A stretch of DNA of 64,000 nucleotides from Candidatus Magasanikiibacteriota bacterium (GTDB lineage Bacteria; Patescibacteriota; Patescibacteriia; Magasanikbacterales; GWA2-37-8): assembly GCA_963840935.1 (NCBI GenBank), contig CAWJAS010000002.1, positions 71,333 to 135,332 on the forward strand, given 5' to 3'. Below, one piece after another: positions 21,083 through 32,700 of this stretch. How positions within the stretch are numbered: position 1 is the stretch's first letter; each line of letters starts with the position of its first letter. The translations under genes were made by a program, and so were the position numbers. The notes under the pieces are model-generated. The model was given only the letters and a program-made list of their open reading frames with translations, did not search any database and was not told the DNA's origin.

Positions 21083-22412
21083 TCTCCCCTTTCAAAAGCC
21101 ATTCATAGGCTTCGAATATTTTTACATTAATAATCTGACCGATCAAATCAGGCGACCCTATAAATTGAATAAGTTTCAACTCAGAAGAATTGCCGGAACA
21201 AATACTATTATTGCACGATTCCACGATAACTTCGACTTCCTGCCCGATATATTTTTTATTTTTTTTATAGGTTATTTTTTCCATTAATTCCTGCAATCGA
21301 TGCCAACGATTTTTCTTCACGGCAATTTCAACATCATCTTTGCACGTATCGAAGGCCATTGTTCCGGATCTTTTACTATAAATCGCCGAATAGGCAATAT
21401 CAAAATCGCATTTTTTATAAAATTCCAAAGTATTGTTAAATTGCTTTTCTGTCTCTCCGCAAAAACCGACTATTAAATCTGTACCAATCGCAATGTCCGG
21501 AATAATTCGACGAATTTTTTTAATCAAATTAATGTAGTATTCACTGTCATAACCGCGATTCATTTTTTTGAGTATTTCATCGTCCCCACTTTGCGCCGGC
21601 AAATGCAAATAATTAATTTGTTTTGGCAATGTTAACGCTTCAATCTGGTAATCGTTAAAATACTTTGGATGGGGCGCGGTAAAATTGATTCTTTTTATTT
21701 CTTCAATTTGATTTAATTCCCATAAAAGTCCCGCAAAGTCGTCTTTTTTAAAAAACGGATTTTTGGCCGAAAAATTTTGCGAATCCGGAGCGATATAATG
21801 GTTAACCACTTGGCCGAGCAAAGTTATTTCCAACCCCCCATCTTTGGCAAAATTTTTTACTTCGTTAATTATATCTTTAATCGACCTGTTTCTCTCGCGC
21901 CCTCTGGCGTGGGGAACCACGCAATATGAACAAAAATTATTGCACCCTGTTTGAATCGAAATAAAAGCCTGCTTGCTATTTTTTCTTTCAGGGTTAATTT
22001 CTAAATAATCGCAAACATTCGCTTTAATTTTTTTATTAGACAAAAAAATATTTGGATTTAACTCTTTTATCCATTCAGGAAAACGCAATAATTCATCTAT
22101 CCCAAAAAATAAATCAACTCCCTTTAATCTTTTTTTTATGGCGCCGGTTTTATCACGTCCGGGCATACAGCCGGTAACTGCTATTATAACTTCTGGATTT
22201 TTTTCTTTTAAATTACGCCAATTTTTTATTATACCAAAGACCCTGTCTTCTGCCGATTGGCGTACCGAACAAGTATTGATAATTAACACATCGGCTCCTT
22301 CCGGTTTTTTTGATTCTTTTAGCCCATACGAATTCAAAAGACCGGCGATACGCTCGGAATCGTTTTTATTCATCTGACATCCGTATGTTTGAATATAATA
22401 TTTCGGGGTCAT
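21072..22412 (-). CDS. miaB: tRNA-i6A37 methylthiotransferase (radical SAM, TRAM)
   Basis: TYGCQMN, NTCSVR, GCNNFCSYCVVP. Confidence 0.95.
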   Translation of the reverse strand: MTPKYYIQTYGCQMNKNDSERIAGLLNSYGLKESKKPEGADVLIINTCSVRQSAEDRVFGIIKNWRNLKEKNPEVIIAVTGCMPGRDKTGAIKKRLKGVDLFFGIDELLRFPEWIKELNPNIFLSNKKIKANVCDYLEINPERKNSKQAFISIQTGCNNFCSYCVVPHARGRERNRSIKDIINEVKNFAKDGGLEITLLGQVVNHYIAPDSQNFSAKNPFFKKDDFAGLLWELNQIEEIKRINFTAPHPKYFNDYQIEALTLPKQINYLHLPAQSGDDEILKKMNRGYDSEYYINLIKKIRRIIPDIAIGTDLIVGFCGETEKQFNNTLEFYKKCDFDIAYSAIYSKRSGTMAFDTCKDDVEIAVKKNRWHRLQELMEKITYKKNKKYIGQEVEVIVESCNNSICSGNSSELKLIQFIGSPDLIGQIINVKIFEAYEWLLKGEIVK

Positions 22413-22521
22413 AATCTATATTTGATTATTTATTCTAATGGCAAACCGTTTTTTTGACAAGGTTTAAAAAATAAAAAAGGCGTCTAGCAAGCCCATGCTT
22501 GTTAGACGCCAAATGGAAAGG

Positions 22522-22956
22522 CTAACGGAAGGTGTATAGCGCGCGGCCTCGTCTACGAATCTCTCGTTTGTTCAAAACGATTTTATCGCCGGAATTCTTG
22601 TTCTGGGTGAGGAATGTGACAAGAATTACTTGGCGGAAATTTCCATTTTTTTCCTGTCTCTTTTGGAGACTGATTGTATTCGGGAAAGTGACTGTGGCAA
22701 AAAATTCACCAAGCCAAATATCCTGAACAACCCCGAACAAACTCAAACCCCAAGCGGGATTTGTTTTGACGCGACGCACCAGATCCTCGTTCTTGCTACC
22801 ATCGTAGTGAACAACGAGAACATGGTCTTTGTGCTCCAGATGGAGGATGGGGAGATTATCCACTATAGTGTGGTATTCCTCCCCTTCAAAACGCCTCTGC
22901 TCGGCAGTTCTCTCGCGATAATCCGCCAAACTGATGGTGGTTGATGTTGCGCTCAT
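22522..22956 (-). CDS. Hypothetical protein
   Basis: 144-aa ORF followed by a hairpin terminator at ~22470-22512. Confidence 0.6.
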   Translation of the reverse strand: MSATSTTISLADYRERTAEQRRFEGEEYHTIVDNLPILHLEHKDHVLVVHYDGSKNEDLVRRVKTNPAWGLSLFGVVQDIWLGEFFATVTFPNTISLQKRQEKNGNFRQVILVTFLTQNKNSGDKIVLNKREIRRRGRALYTFR

Positions 22957-23061
22957 GGTTTTTTCTCTCGGATATTCCGCCGTTGTCTTCTAAAGACAAT
23001 GAAGTGATAATCATGCTTGCGCAGGTTTATCATCCTTCTCTTATTTACGGCGAAAAACCGT

Positions 23062-23562
23062 TTATCTCCTTTCTTCCGTCTTCAGAATAAACCGACATTC
23101 GAACATGCTGGCATTTTCGTCAGTAAGATTGCCATAAAAATCATCTTCAACGGGCTTTCCGTCAATACATTTGCCCGCCCAAGATTCCACTTCAAAATAT
23201 ACTCTGACGACATTGCCGTCACGGATTTCGCTTTTTTCAAATCGCTTAATCACAAACGGAACCCGTCGCTTTGGGAGCATGTTCTGGCAGTAATGCCGGA
23301 AAAAAACCGAGTGAATCTTCTCCCAGAAGCTTTTATCCGCTTCCTGATTGTTCAGATACACGGCGACCGATTTATCATAAGAAAAATCCATGACCAGGTT
23401 GTGCCCACGCCAATACCAAAAAGTAAGGGAGATGGAAGACAAGATTCTACGCGTCAATTCCAACCCCCAAACCATCAAATAAACAACATTCGAGTCATCG
23501 GTGTCGCTGGCATCAGATGCCACACCATTGACGGGACCAAAAAATCCAAGCGCTTTTCCCAT
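23062..23562 (-). CDS. Hypothetical protein
   Basis: 166 aa, AAGGAGG SD, TTGACT-17-TATATT promoter upstream. Confidence 0.65.
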   Translation of the reverse strand: MGKALGFFGPVNGVASDASDTDDSNVVYLMVWGLELTRRILSSISLTFWYWRGHNLVMDFSYDKSVAVYLNNQEADKSFWEKIHSVFFRHYCQNMLPKRRVPFVIKRFEKSEIRDGNVVRVYFEVESWAGKCIDGKPVEDDFYGNLTDENASMFECRFILKTEERR

Positions 23563-23646
23563 CTGCGCCTCCTTGTTAGCCTTTGAATTGTAAAGGGCAT
23601 TTGCAACTTATTAATATAGCAAAAATTCGCTATTTAGTCAATAGCG

Positions 23647-23675
23647 TTGACAAAATCACTAAAATATGCTATAAT
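23647..23675 (+). promoter_or_regulatory. Sigma70 promoter
   Basis: TTGACA-17 nt-TATAAT with TG extension. Confidence 0.75.
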
Positions 23676-23703
23676 TACCATATAATTCAATGTTTTCCAT
23701 ATT

Positions 23704-24057
23704 ATGAAGTCATTTAAACCAGAAAATCCGCATGTAAAAAATAATATTGATTCATGGCACGAAGAAGACACTAAACATCTTCATGGTTTAGGTATACAAA
23801 ATGAAAGCGCTCCAATAACTAATCAAGAAATAGATAAAATAAGACGGCAAGAAATAGCTCTTAAGGAAATGCAAGAAGCCCAAAAAACAATTGATAGAGT
23901 TAACGCCGAACTTAATGACCAAGCCACTTTTGAAAAAGAAATTGATAATAGATTTAATGAGTTACAAGAAACCGAAGAGCAACGCAAAACGCGCTTTGCC
24001 AAGGAAGGCAAAGGTCAGATAATTGAACTTCCTCCGGAAATTAAAAAGGTCGGTTAA
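23704..24057 (+). CDS. Hypothetical coiled-coil protein
   Basis: 117 aa, charged and helical, directly behind a consensus promoter. Confidence 0.65.
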   Translation: MKSFKPENPHVKNNIDSWHEEDTKHLHGLGIQNESAPITNQEIDKIRRQEIALKEMQEAQKTIDRVNAELNDQATFEKEIDNRFNELQETEEQRKTRFAKEGKGQIIELPPEIKKVG

Positions 24058-24213
24058 TAATTAATTATAATTATATGGCGAAAACCGGCAGAGAAGGGAA
24101 TACACCAAAACAATTCAGATTTGATAATAATGAAATTAGCATTATTAATATAATATAAAATCACTCCGTTTTAGGAGTGATTTTATATTTGCGTAATTTC
24201 GGAGCGTAAAATT

Positions 24214-25971
24214 TTATTTTCTCTCTTCGATCTCTATAATTAATTTTTTCACGAAGTCATCTTTACTCATTTTCTCTTGTTTTTCTTGACCGCGAATTCT
24301 GATCATCAAATCCCCTCCTTCAACTTCCTTATCACCGACAACCACAATATATGGAATTTTTTCCGCCACCGCTTTTCGCACGCGATTGCCAAGTGTTTCA
24401 TTGTCGGCGTCCACATCAACGCGAATATTTCTAGTGATAAATTCTTCCGCTATTTTTTGGGCGAACTCGGCGTGCTTTTCTGAAACCGGAATAAAGCGAA
24501 CCTGAATTGGCATGAGCCAAGCCGGAAAAGCGCCGGCATAGTGTTCAATCAATACTCCCAAAAATCTTTCCAAAGAACCATATATCGTTCTGTGAATCAT
24601 TACCGGACGTTTTTCTTGTCCGTCGCTATCAATATAATTCAAATCAAACCGCTCCGGCAAATTCATGTCCAATTGAATCGTGCCACACTGCCATGTTCGT
24701 CCGATGGCATCTTTTATTTTTAAATCAATTTTTGGCCCATAAAACGCGCCGTCGCCCTCATTGATTTCGTAATCCTTACCCGAAGCGTCAAGAGCCGATT
24801 TTAGACCATTTGTCGCCGACTCCCAAGCTTCATCTGTGCCCACGGACTTTTCCGGCCGAGTAGATAATTCCAAAGAATATGAAAGGCCAAAAGTACCATA
24901 AATTTTATCCACCAACTTAAGCAAATCCAAAATTTCATCCTTAATTTGCTCCGGACGCATATATATATGAGCGTCGTCCTGGTGGAAGGAGCGAACCCTA
25001 AATAATCCGGAAAGTACGCCCGATAATTCGTGGCGATGCACAAGACCGATTTCTCCCCATCGTATCGGCAATTCTTTGTACGAGTGGATATCTTCCTTGT
25101 ACATAAGCATGCCACCGGGACAATTCATCGGCTTAATAGCGTATTCGGTTTCATCAATTAATGTTTCATACATATTTTCACGGTAATTTTCCCAATGCCC
25201 CGATGTTTCCCATAATTTTCGACTAAGCATAATTGGGGTTTTTATTTCCTCATAACCGGCCCGCGTGTGGGTTTCACGCCAAAAATTCAAAAGTTCATTC
25301 CAAATAATCATTCCTTTCGGTTTGAGAAAAGCAAAACCAGGTCCTTCTTCGTGAAACGACACAAGACCGAGTTCTTTACCAATTTTGCGATGGTCGCGTT
25401 TTTCCGCTTCTTCAAGCATGGTCAAATATTCATCAAGTTCTTTTTGTTTGGCAAAACAAACTCCGTAAATTCTTTGCAATTGTGGGTTTTCGCTTTTACC
25501 GCGCCAATAAGCGCCGGCTAATTTTGTCAGCTTAAAAGCACCGATTTCTTTAGTTGATTTCAAATGCGGGCCACGACACAAATCCACAAAATCTCCAGTT
25601 TGATAGACAGTCACAGTATCACCCGATAATTCTTCGCCAGCATCCTCGCCGATTTTTGTGGTGCCTTTAGTTTTGAGGTCGTTTAAAAGTTCAACTTTGT
25701 AATCCTGTTTCAATTTTTCAAAAAATTCTATTGCTTCATCAATCTGCATTTCTTTTTTTTCAAACCTTAAATCCTTTTTCATTAATTCTTTGGCTTTTAT
25801 TTCAATATTTTGAAGTTCGTCTTCGCTAATTGGTTCGCCAAAATCAATATCATAATAAAAGCCGTTTTCAATATCCGGACCAATACCGAATTTGGCATTT
25901 GGATACAACTCATTTACAGCTGAAGCCACCAAGTGGGCGCATGAATGGAGCATTGTTTTTATGTCTGGCAT
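24214..25971 (-). CDS. thrS: Threonine--tRNA ligase
   Basis: HSCAHL, DLCRGPH, KPMNCPG, GLFRVRSFHQDDAH, AFYGPKID. Confidence 0.98.
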   Translation of the reverse strand: MPDIKTMLHSCAHLVASAVNELYPNAKFGIGPDIENGFYYDIDFGEPISEDELQNIEIKAKELMKKDLRFEKKEMQIDEAIEFFEKLKQDYKVELLNDLKTKGTTKIGEDAGEELSGDTVTVYQTGDFVDLCRGPHLKSTKEIGAFKLTKLAGAYWRGKSENPQLQRIYGVCFAKQKELDEYLTMLEEAEKRDHRKIGKELGLVSFHEEGPGFAFLKPKGMIIWNELLNFWRETHTRAGYEEIKTPIMLSRKLWETSGHWENYRENMYETLIDETEYAIKPMNCPGGMLMYKEDIHSYKELPIRWGEIGLVHRHELSGVLSGLFRVRSFHQDDAHIYMRPEQIKDEILDLLKLVDKIYGTFGLSYSLELSTRPEKSVGTDEAWESATNGLKSALDASGKDYEINEGDGAFYGPKIDLKIKDAIGRTWQCGTIQLDMNLPERFDLNYIDSDGQEKRPVMIHRTIYGSLERFLGVLIEHYAGAFPAWLMPIQVRFIPVSEKHAEFAQKIAEEFITRNIRVDVDADNETLGNRVRKAVAEKIPYIVVVGDKEVEGGDLMIRIRGQEKQEKMSKDDFVKKLIIEIEERK

Positions 25972-26028
25972 ATGTTTTATTATTAGTTATTATTAAAAAT
26001 TAAAAATTCTTAAATTTTGGATGTTATT

Positions 26029-26205
26029 AAAAAAACCCCAATACACCCATTGTGTATCGGGGTCGTGTAATTATTACAGCGACGGTTCCACCCGAAGTTT
26101 CGCTTTTATTTGTGAATTTGTAGCCATTATAAGGGTGGTACCATACTCAACCCCGACGCTCCGGTCGGGGCAAGCTGGGCTGGTCCTCATTCAAACACGG
26201 CATTA
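26029..26205 (-). promoter_or_regulatory. T-box riboswitch (Thr) with terminator
   Basis: Minus strand AACTTCGGGTGGAACCGTCG...CGACCCCG antiterminator, overlapping CCCCGATACAC/GTGTATTGGGG-T7 terminator; ACC in a stem I bulge; TTGACA-17-TATATT promoter upstream. Confidence 0.8.
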
Positions 26206-26232
26206 AAAATATACAATTTTTAAATTTTTTTG

Positions 26233-26733
26233 TCAATTCACTTCCCCTTCGTAACCGACCGGCGGAACTTCGGTTTCTTCATTCAAAAATATCGGCCCCA
26301 CATTCACCAAAATATTATTTTCTTCATCATAAATAATTGCTTTCTTTGCTTGCATATATATTATCACTCTATTTCCGTTTTTGGCGTCAATGTAGAACGA
26401 TTGCTCTTGCTTCAAAGCTTCGGCATCTGTAATTGTGGCGACGGTCGGTTCTTCATTTTGGGGTAAAACGATTAACTTGCCGACTTTTTCCAATAAAGCG
26501 CTAACTTCTTTTTGAGCAATCGCTTTTTGGCCTTCAGCCGATGTAACCACTTCAAGCTGTTTTTTGGTTTCCATGTATTTTTTGAACATCAAACCAAAAC
26601 CAGTCGTCGCCAATATAGCAACCAGAATTAATAAAAGCAAACCCATATTTGATCTATGATGCGAATCCTTTTTGACTATATCACTTTTGGGTTCTTCCTG
26701 TCGACTAAAATTCGTAACTTTTTGAATTGGCAT
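26233..26733 (-). CDS. Hypothetical single-TM protein
   Basis: TM helix plus EEPTVATITD...VIIYMQAKKAIIYD domain. Confidence 0.75.
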   Translation of the reverse strand: MPIQKVTNFSRQEEPKSDIVKKDSHHRSNMGLLLLILVAILATTGFGLMFKKYMETKKQLEVVTSAEGQKAIAQKEVSALLEKVGKLIVLPQNEEPTVATITDAEALKQEQSFYIDAKNGNRVIIYMQAKKAIIYDEENNILVNVGPIFLNEETEVPPVGYEGEVN

Positions 26734-26756
26734 AGTTATTTAAATAAATTTTTTTA

Positions 26757-29700
26757 TTATTCAATTGGTGGTTCAGCTGGCGGTTCGGCAACCGGTTCTT
26801 CAGCCGGCGTTGGTTCCTCGACAACCGGCTCTTCCTCGACGACCGGTTCTTCGACAACAGGTTCCTCGACAACCGGCTCCTCTGTTGGCGCGGGTTCCTC
26901 GGATATTGGATCTTCAACCACTGGCTCTTCTGTAATCGGCGACTCTTCTGTCACAGGTTCTTCGACAATCGGTTCGTCCTCTGTCGCCGGTTCCTCTATC
27001 GGTGTCGGTTCTTCGACAACAGGTTCCTCGACAACCGGCTCTTCCGAAGAGGGCTCTTCAATCACCGGTTCTTCCGGAACCGGTTCAGGAACATAGTCAA
27101 TTTGAAGTCCGATCAGATTAACCGTACCGTCAGAAACAAACACTTTTGAATCCGTGCTTGCGCCAATAGCCTGCCAATTAAATAGAACATCAACGGACTG
27201 AATTTCACTTAACATAATCTTAAAGCCCGATGTGCTAACTTCCGATAATTTCCACTTTCCATCAAAATCAATCGGAGTAATGTTAATTATCGGGGCAATT
27301 TCGTACGGTTCGGCAAATATCACGGTTGTGGAAGCATGCCCGGCCAAAATCATACCTTGTCCAACCGTATCTTCACCAAAAGTAACATGTTTTTTGGCCG
27401 TCAAAGTACCATTGAAAATAGCAGAATCATAAATAACAAGAATGTTCGCCGTCAAACTTTCAAAAACTTCATCGATTAATTGCAGGCCAGCGCTTGAAGA
27501 AGCCAACTCACTTAATCGCAAATCAAAATCAGTCATCATGTTAGACAGGTCGACAATTGATTGGTCGGCCAAAATATCATTATTTTCCAAAATCGATACT
27601 CGACCACTCAATTCGTCAAGCATGGCTTGAGTTTCTGATAACGAAACATCCAAAACATCCACCGAATCAGTAATTAATTCAAAATCATCAGTAATATTTG
27701 TGTCAAATTCTTCTAAAATGGCGACTCGTTCTTCAATTGTTAATTCTTCTTCAACCTCTTCCTCTTCTTCAAATACTAAGGCAGGCGGACCTAATGGTTC
27801 CGAGGAATCATCTTGCCAAACACGCCAATAATCAATATCCAAATAATGCAAGGCAGTTGAATAGTTCATCAACAAGGCGGTCAATCCGACTGTCGGAACG
27901 TTGGTAGTTGATTCTCCGCAATATGTCCAATCAATGCCATTTGAAGTGTCGTTGTCAACATAAAATTTCACCGAACCGGTTCCGTCGCCATTGGACGATA
28001 CAACTTCAATTTTTGTCACTGCAAACACCGTATTATTAACAGTTTGACCGGTACATTCAACATTGGTTGAAGCGCCGGCTCTTCTGGTAACACCTCGCCA
28101 ATCGCCTGTGGCGGTGTTGTTGGTAAAATAAATACCATTTGTCGGGTCGGTGGTTTGCGCTTGCGCTCTGTCGCCAATTCCGACCCAAAAAAGAGCGGTG
28201 GCGGAATCAGCCGAAGGACGAATTTTACTCAAAATTACCGGCAAATTATTGACGTTAAATACGTTATGCGCGGTTGCTAAAGCAGAAGCATAATAGGCTA
28301 AACAACTACTTCCAGCACCCGCTTGTTGCCGGCCAATGCCATTAACTTCATTATTAATATTAGACCATGTGCAAACTGTATTTTCATCGGTTGTGAACTG
28401 TTGAAAGTCACCCCAAGCCCAATTAGTGTCAGCCCCAATATTCGCTCGATTTCTCATAAATTCTTCGCCAAAATAGGCGTTGCGTTGAATCAAGGCGCCG
28501 GTTTCCAAACTCATACCAAAATTTTGTGATAAATTTTTCGCTTCCAATAATGTTTGGCCGGTTGAACTGCTTATAATGCTCGCCATTTCTTCTTTATCAG
28601 AATAAATGGTCAATACTGAATTCGGTGTTGAAGTGCCTATGCCAATATTTCCGCTATTCAACATTGTTAATAAATTATTCCCGCCTCCATTTATTGTATC
28701 GTAAAAAGCTAAACCGGCATCGACAGGAGAATTAACCGCGGTTACATCAAGTGTGTATGCCCCGGTTTCTCCCGCATAATAACTGGTGACTACGATATTA
28801 TAGGTTGAACTGGCGTCATAAACAAAAGCTAAATATGAATTGGTACCCGTACCACCGTCGTCATCAAAATAAGTAACTGTCCCTGTGTCAGATACTACCT
28901 GCAAATACGCGTCAAAAGCCACAGATGTTAATGATACGGTCATGGACGAACCATTTGGAATACCGGGGAATATTGTGGCGATGTTGTATGCATCCATATA
29001 ACGACCGGTTCTGTTCGGATTGTCCGGGTCGGTAATATCCAAAGAACCGTTAATAGAAGTTGATGTTGGCCCAAATGAAGCGGTTGATTTAATCGCGGCC
29101 AAAGAATTCTGATTGTTTATATTATATAAAGTAGCCCATACTCTATTCCAATTACGTTCAAAATTACCCAAATCATAAGCTAAGCTTGAAGCCGGCACAA
29201 CATTTTTCATTGTTGAAGTCCCATTTACAGACAAGGTTGTGGAAGGAGTTTTTGTGCCAATTCCAACAAAACCATCACTTGTGATTCTCATCCTTTCGTT
29301 CGATGCCTGCCAGCCATCGGTCATAAAGACGATGGGGGCTCCGCTTGCTTCATTAATAATATAGGCTCCTCCAGGCGCGACCGCGTCAAACACGGCGCTG
29401 TCCGGCGGGATGCCGGCAAAACCAGGGGTAGTGGATCCATAATAACCGAGTTGCAAAACATTGGTATCACCACCGGCCTTAAGATTAAACAGGGCTACTT
29501 TTGAAGACGATGCTGTTTTTACTTCAGCCGAAACATTATTATCTTCGTCATAAACTCGTAATTTAAAATAATTAGGGTCAGTCGTTCCTATGCCGACATT
29601 ACCAATATTACTAATATACATTCCAGTGGCTGAAGAGCTGGTCATAATATTCAAAAGCGGATAGGTGGATGTGCCGGAAATAGTTAACATGGCGTTTGGA

Positions 29701-32700
29701 TTTTCATTGTTAATGCCTACTGTTCCGGTAGCCCCCAAAGTCAAAATATTTGTGAATAGTCCGCTATCATTTACATAATAGAAAATAAACTTATCGTCTT
29801 GTGTCGCATCACGTTTGGATAATTGCCAATATCTATTATTATTCGTGACAAAATTTAAATTAGTAGCGCCGGCAATTGTTTTTTGGAGAATTGTCATTGC
29901 CGGGCCGGAAGTCGCCGTGACTACATGCAATGGCGCGGAAGGAGTTGTCGTACCCATTCCAACCCATCCGCGACTATCAATCGCCATTCTTTCCAAGGCT
30001 GTCGTTGAACCGTTCGGTGTAGTGCTAAACACAATTTTACCCGGCATGCTATTCAAGGCGGGAGTCCCATCAGCTTGCCCAATAATACCGCCGGCCTTTT
30101 GCCAAGCCGAACCATCATAGCCATAAAAATCCAAACCACCAAGATTATTATTATTGGCGGTTAATGCCGGTACGGCGGTTGTCCCGCCGGAAGAGCCCAA
30201 ATTAAACATCGGGTAGCCGTTGCCGGCCACTTTAAATGAAAAATCAGAAAACGCACCTATATCATCGCTTAAAATAATTCTTTCATAGCCGGTGATGCCG
30301 GTGGCGCTCGGGTCGCCAAGAACCATTCCTCCGCCAAGATATGAAATTGCGGTGGTTGATACCGCGGTAAAATAGTCGGCCTGAAAATTTTCATCAATAG
30401 TTAAACTTCCTCCAACTTCCAAGTCGCCACTCATATACGAATCTCCAACCACTTCAAAAATCACGTCTGATGAGGTGACGCTTCCGCCAACAACAACTGC
30501 ATAAGGAGGTATTAAAGACGGATATAAAACACTTGCAGTTGTGGTAGCCCAACTTGAATCTCCTCCACCTCCGGACGGCCAAGTATTTCTGGCTACTCCC
30601 CCCAAAGTAATATAACCTGTTGCCACTAAATCAGTTGTCGTTACAGAATTAGCAACAACCAAATAATTTGCCGAGGCCAAAGTCATGGTTGTAGTCGCCA
30701 AGCTGGCAACGCCATCAACATAAAGCGACGAACTGGCAAAAATAATATCTTTAAACCAAACTGGCAAAGTGGAAGAAGTGGTCAAAACATCAAGACCATT
30801 GTGTGATACCAATTGCCAATTGGCTGTTGCGCCTCCGGCTGAAGCTAGTAAATTACCATTCCAATAAAGATCACCGGCGCTATTATATAAAGAATAAGTG
30901 GATGTGGCAGTGGCGGTGTCACCCAAATATAAACCACCATCAACGTGAAGCAAATTTAAAGGTTCGTACAAAGCCGTGCCGATACCAACATGCCCGGTAC
31001 CGGCCTGAATTGTAAACACATCATCGCCCTCAGCACCGATGGAATCATCCCATAATCGCAGGTCCAAACTACTGGTCGGCATATACCAACTCCAACCGTT
31101 GTCATAACTGCCGGAATTGACTCTGCGTATATAATTACCGGCCTCTCCGTTGCCATTTGCCACTATTGTGATGTAATTTCGAGAGCTGGTCGGGCTTGAG
31201 GACAAATCATCGCCCCAAATTTCCAAACGATCATATGGGGTTGATGTGCCAATCCCAAAACTGCCGTCATAAGTTGAAAATGCGGTATTTTGAAGATTGC
31301 CATGTCCGTTTTCAATAAAATAATCGAGTGTACCTGAGGCACCGGCAGTATCGTAACGAATCGGAAAAACATCAGCCGTTGTATTAAAGTGATTGGAAAC
31401 CAAAACTATATTGTCATTGTCGTCAGTGGCCGCGCCTAAAAATACATTACTATCAGCAAACCCCGCTCCGGCCCATGAAAATGATGTATGAGTAATTCGC
31501 GCACCTGAACTCGCACCGGAATTTGTGATATATGCCGGGAACACATTTGCAGAACCGGCGGCTATGGTGATGCCTGTCACAAAACCGGCGTCCAAATATG
31601 TGTTGGCGCTCGCACTATTATGATAAACAATTTTTATACTATTGGCAGGCGCGAAAGAATAAATCGGGAATGTAATAATCGGGTCTTTAATGGTAATCAC
31701 GCTTCCTGAATTGGTGTTATCCACATAAACCAAAGATAAATCATCAGTCCCGTCATAAGTGGTAATAACATTATCCGCACCAAAAATGTTTGCTCGCACT
31801 AAATTTGAGCCACTAATATAAAAGGCCGTATTTACACGAACACCGGCCGCGTTATTTGAACGAGTTAATTTAAATTCGCTCTGGCCCGAACTTTCAAAAG
31901 TTCCGTTATCAACATAAACAACCGCTTGAACCGCCGCGTCATTTGTAAAAGTTGCTTCGGCAATAACATTTTTTAACGTTGCCTGGCCGGAGCCAGTCAT
32001 TTCGACAGCGTAATCATTAGTATTTTTTACATCAATATCAGCTAAAGCACTTCCCGTCGCCATATCAAAAGTCACCTTGCCGTTGATTATGGTATTGCAT
32101 CCCGAACCTTGTACTTTCATGTAATCCGCCATTACAACATTTTCATTGTATGTGCCGGGTGCTATCACCACCAAATAGGGATCTTCCATGGTCGCCGATG
32201 AAGAAGCGGCGGCAATACCAGCGGCAATGGTTTTTTTGGCTTTTGCCGGAGAGGTGCCATCAAAATTATCTTTTCCACTGGTGTCAGACACATATATTGT
32301 ATTGCCCTCAGTCAAAGCGACCAGAGTTATAATTTCGGACCAAACATTTTGATTGTTGTTCAAATGTTTTACTTCAACAAGCCCATTATTAACTCTAAAA
32401 CCAAATCCGGAAGAAGCGGTTGTTGTGCCAAAATTAATGTATGGGTCAATTGCCGACAACATAATATTGCCGTAAACATCAAGTTGCGACAGCGGATTTG
32501 AGGTGTTAATGCCGACAAATCCCTCGTTTGCTCCGCTACCCTGAATAAACAATGAGCTCGAACCATATAACAAATTATTCTGAGTCATCATTCTTATGTC
32601 ACCTCCCAATGATGCCATAAACAAATCGTTCCCACCGCTAGCGGCAATACCAAAAACACTGTCGGCATTGGGGAACCCGGCAAAATTACTGCCGGTCAAA

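Noticed and set aside
23017-23586. 189-aa plus-strand ORF
   Set aside because: Antisense to the SD- and promoter-supported minus-strand ORF.
26656-27096. Gly/Ser-rich ORF and CRISPR-like periodicity
   Set aside because: Antisense of the EEP coding repeat; units are short and degenerate, with no spacers or cas genes.
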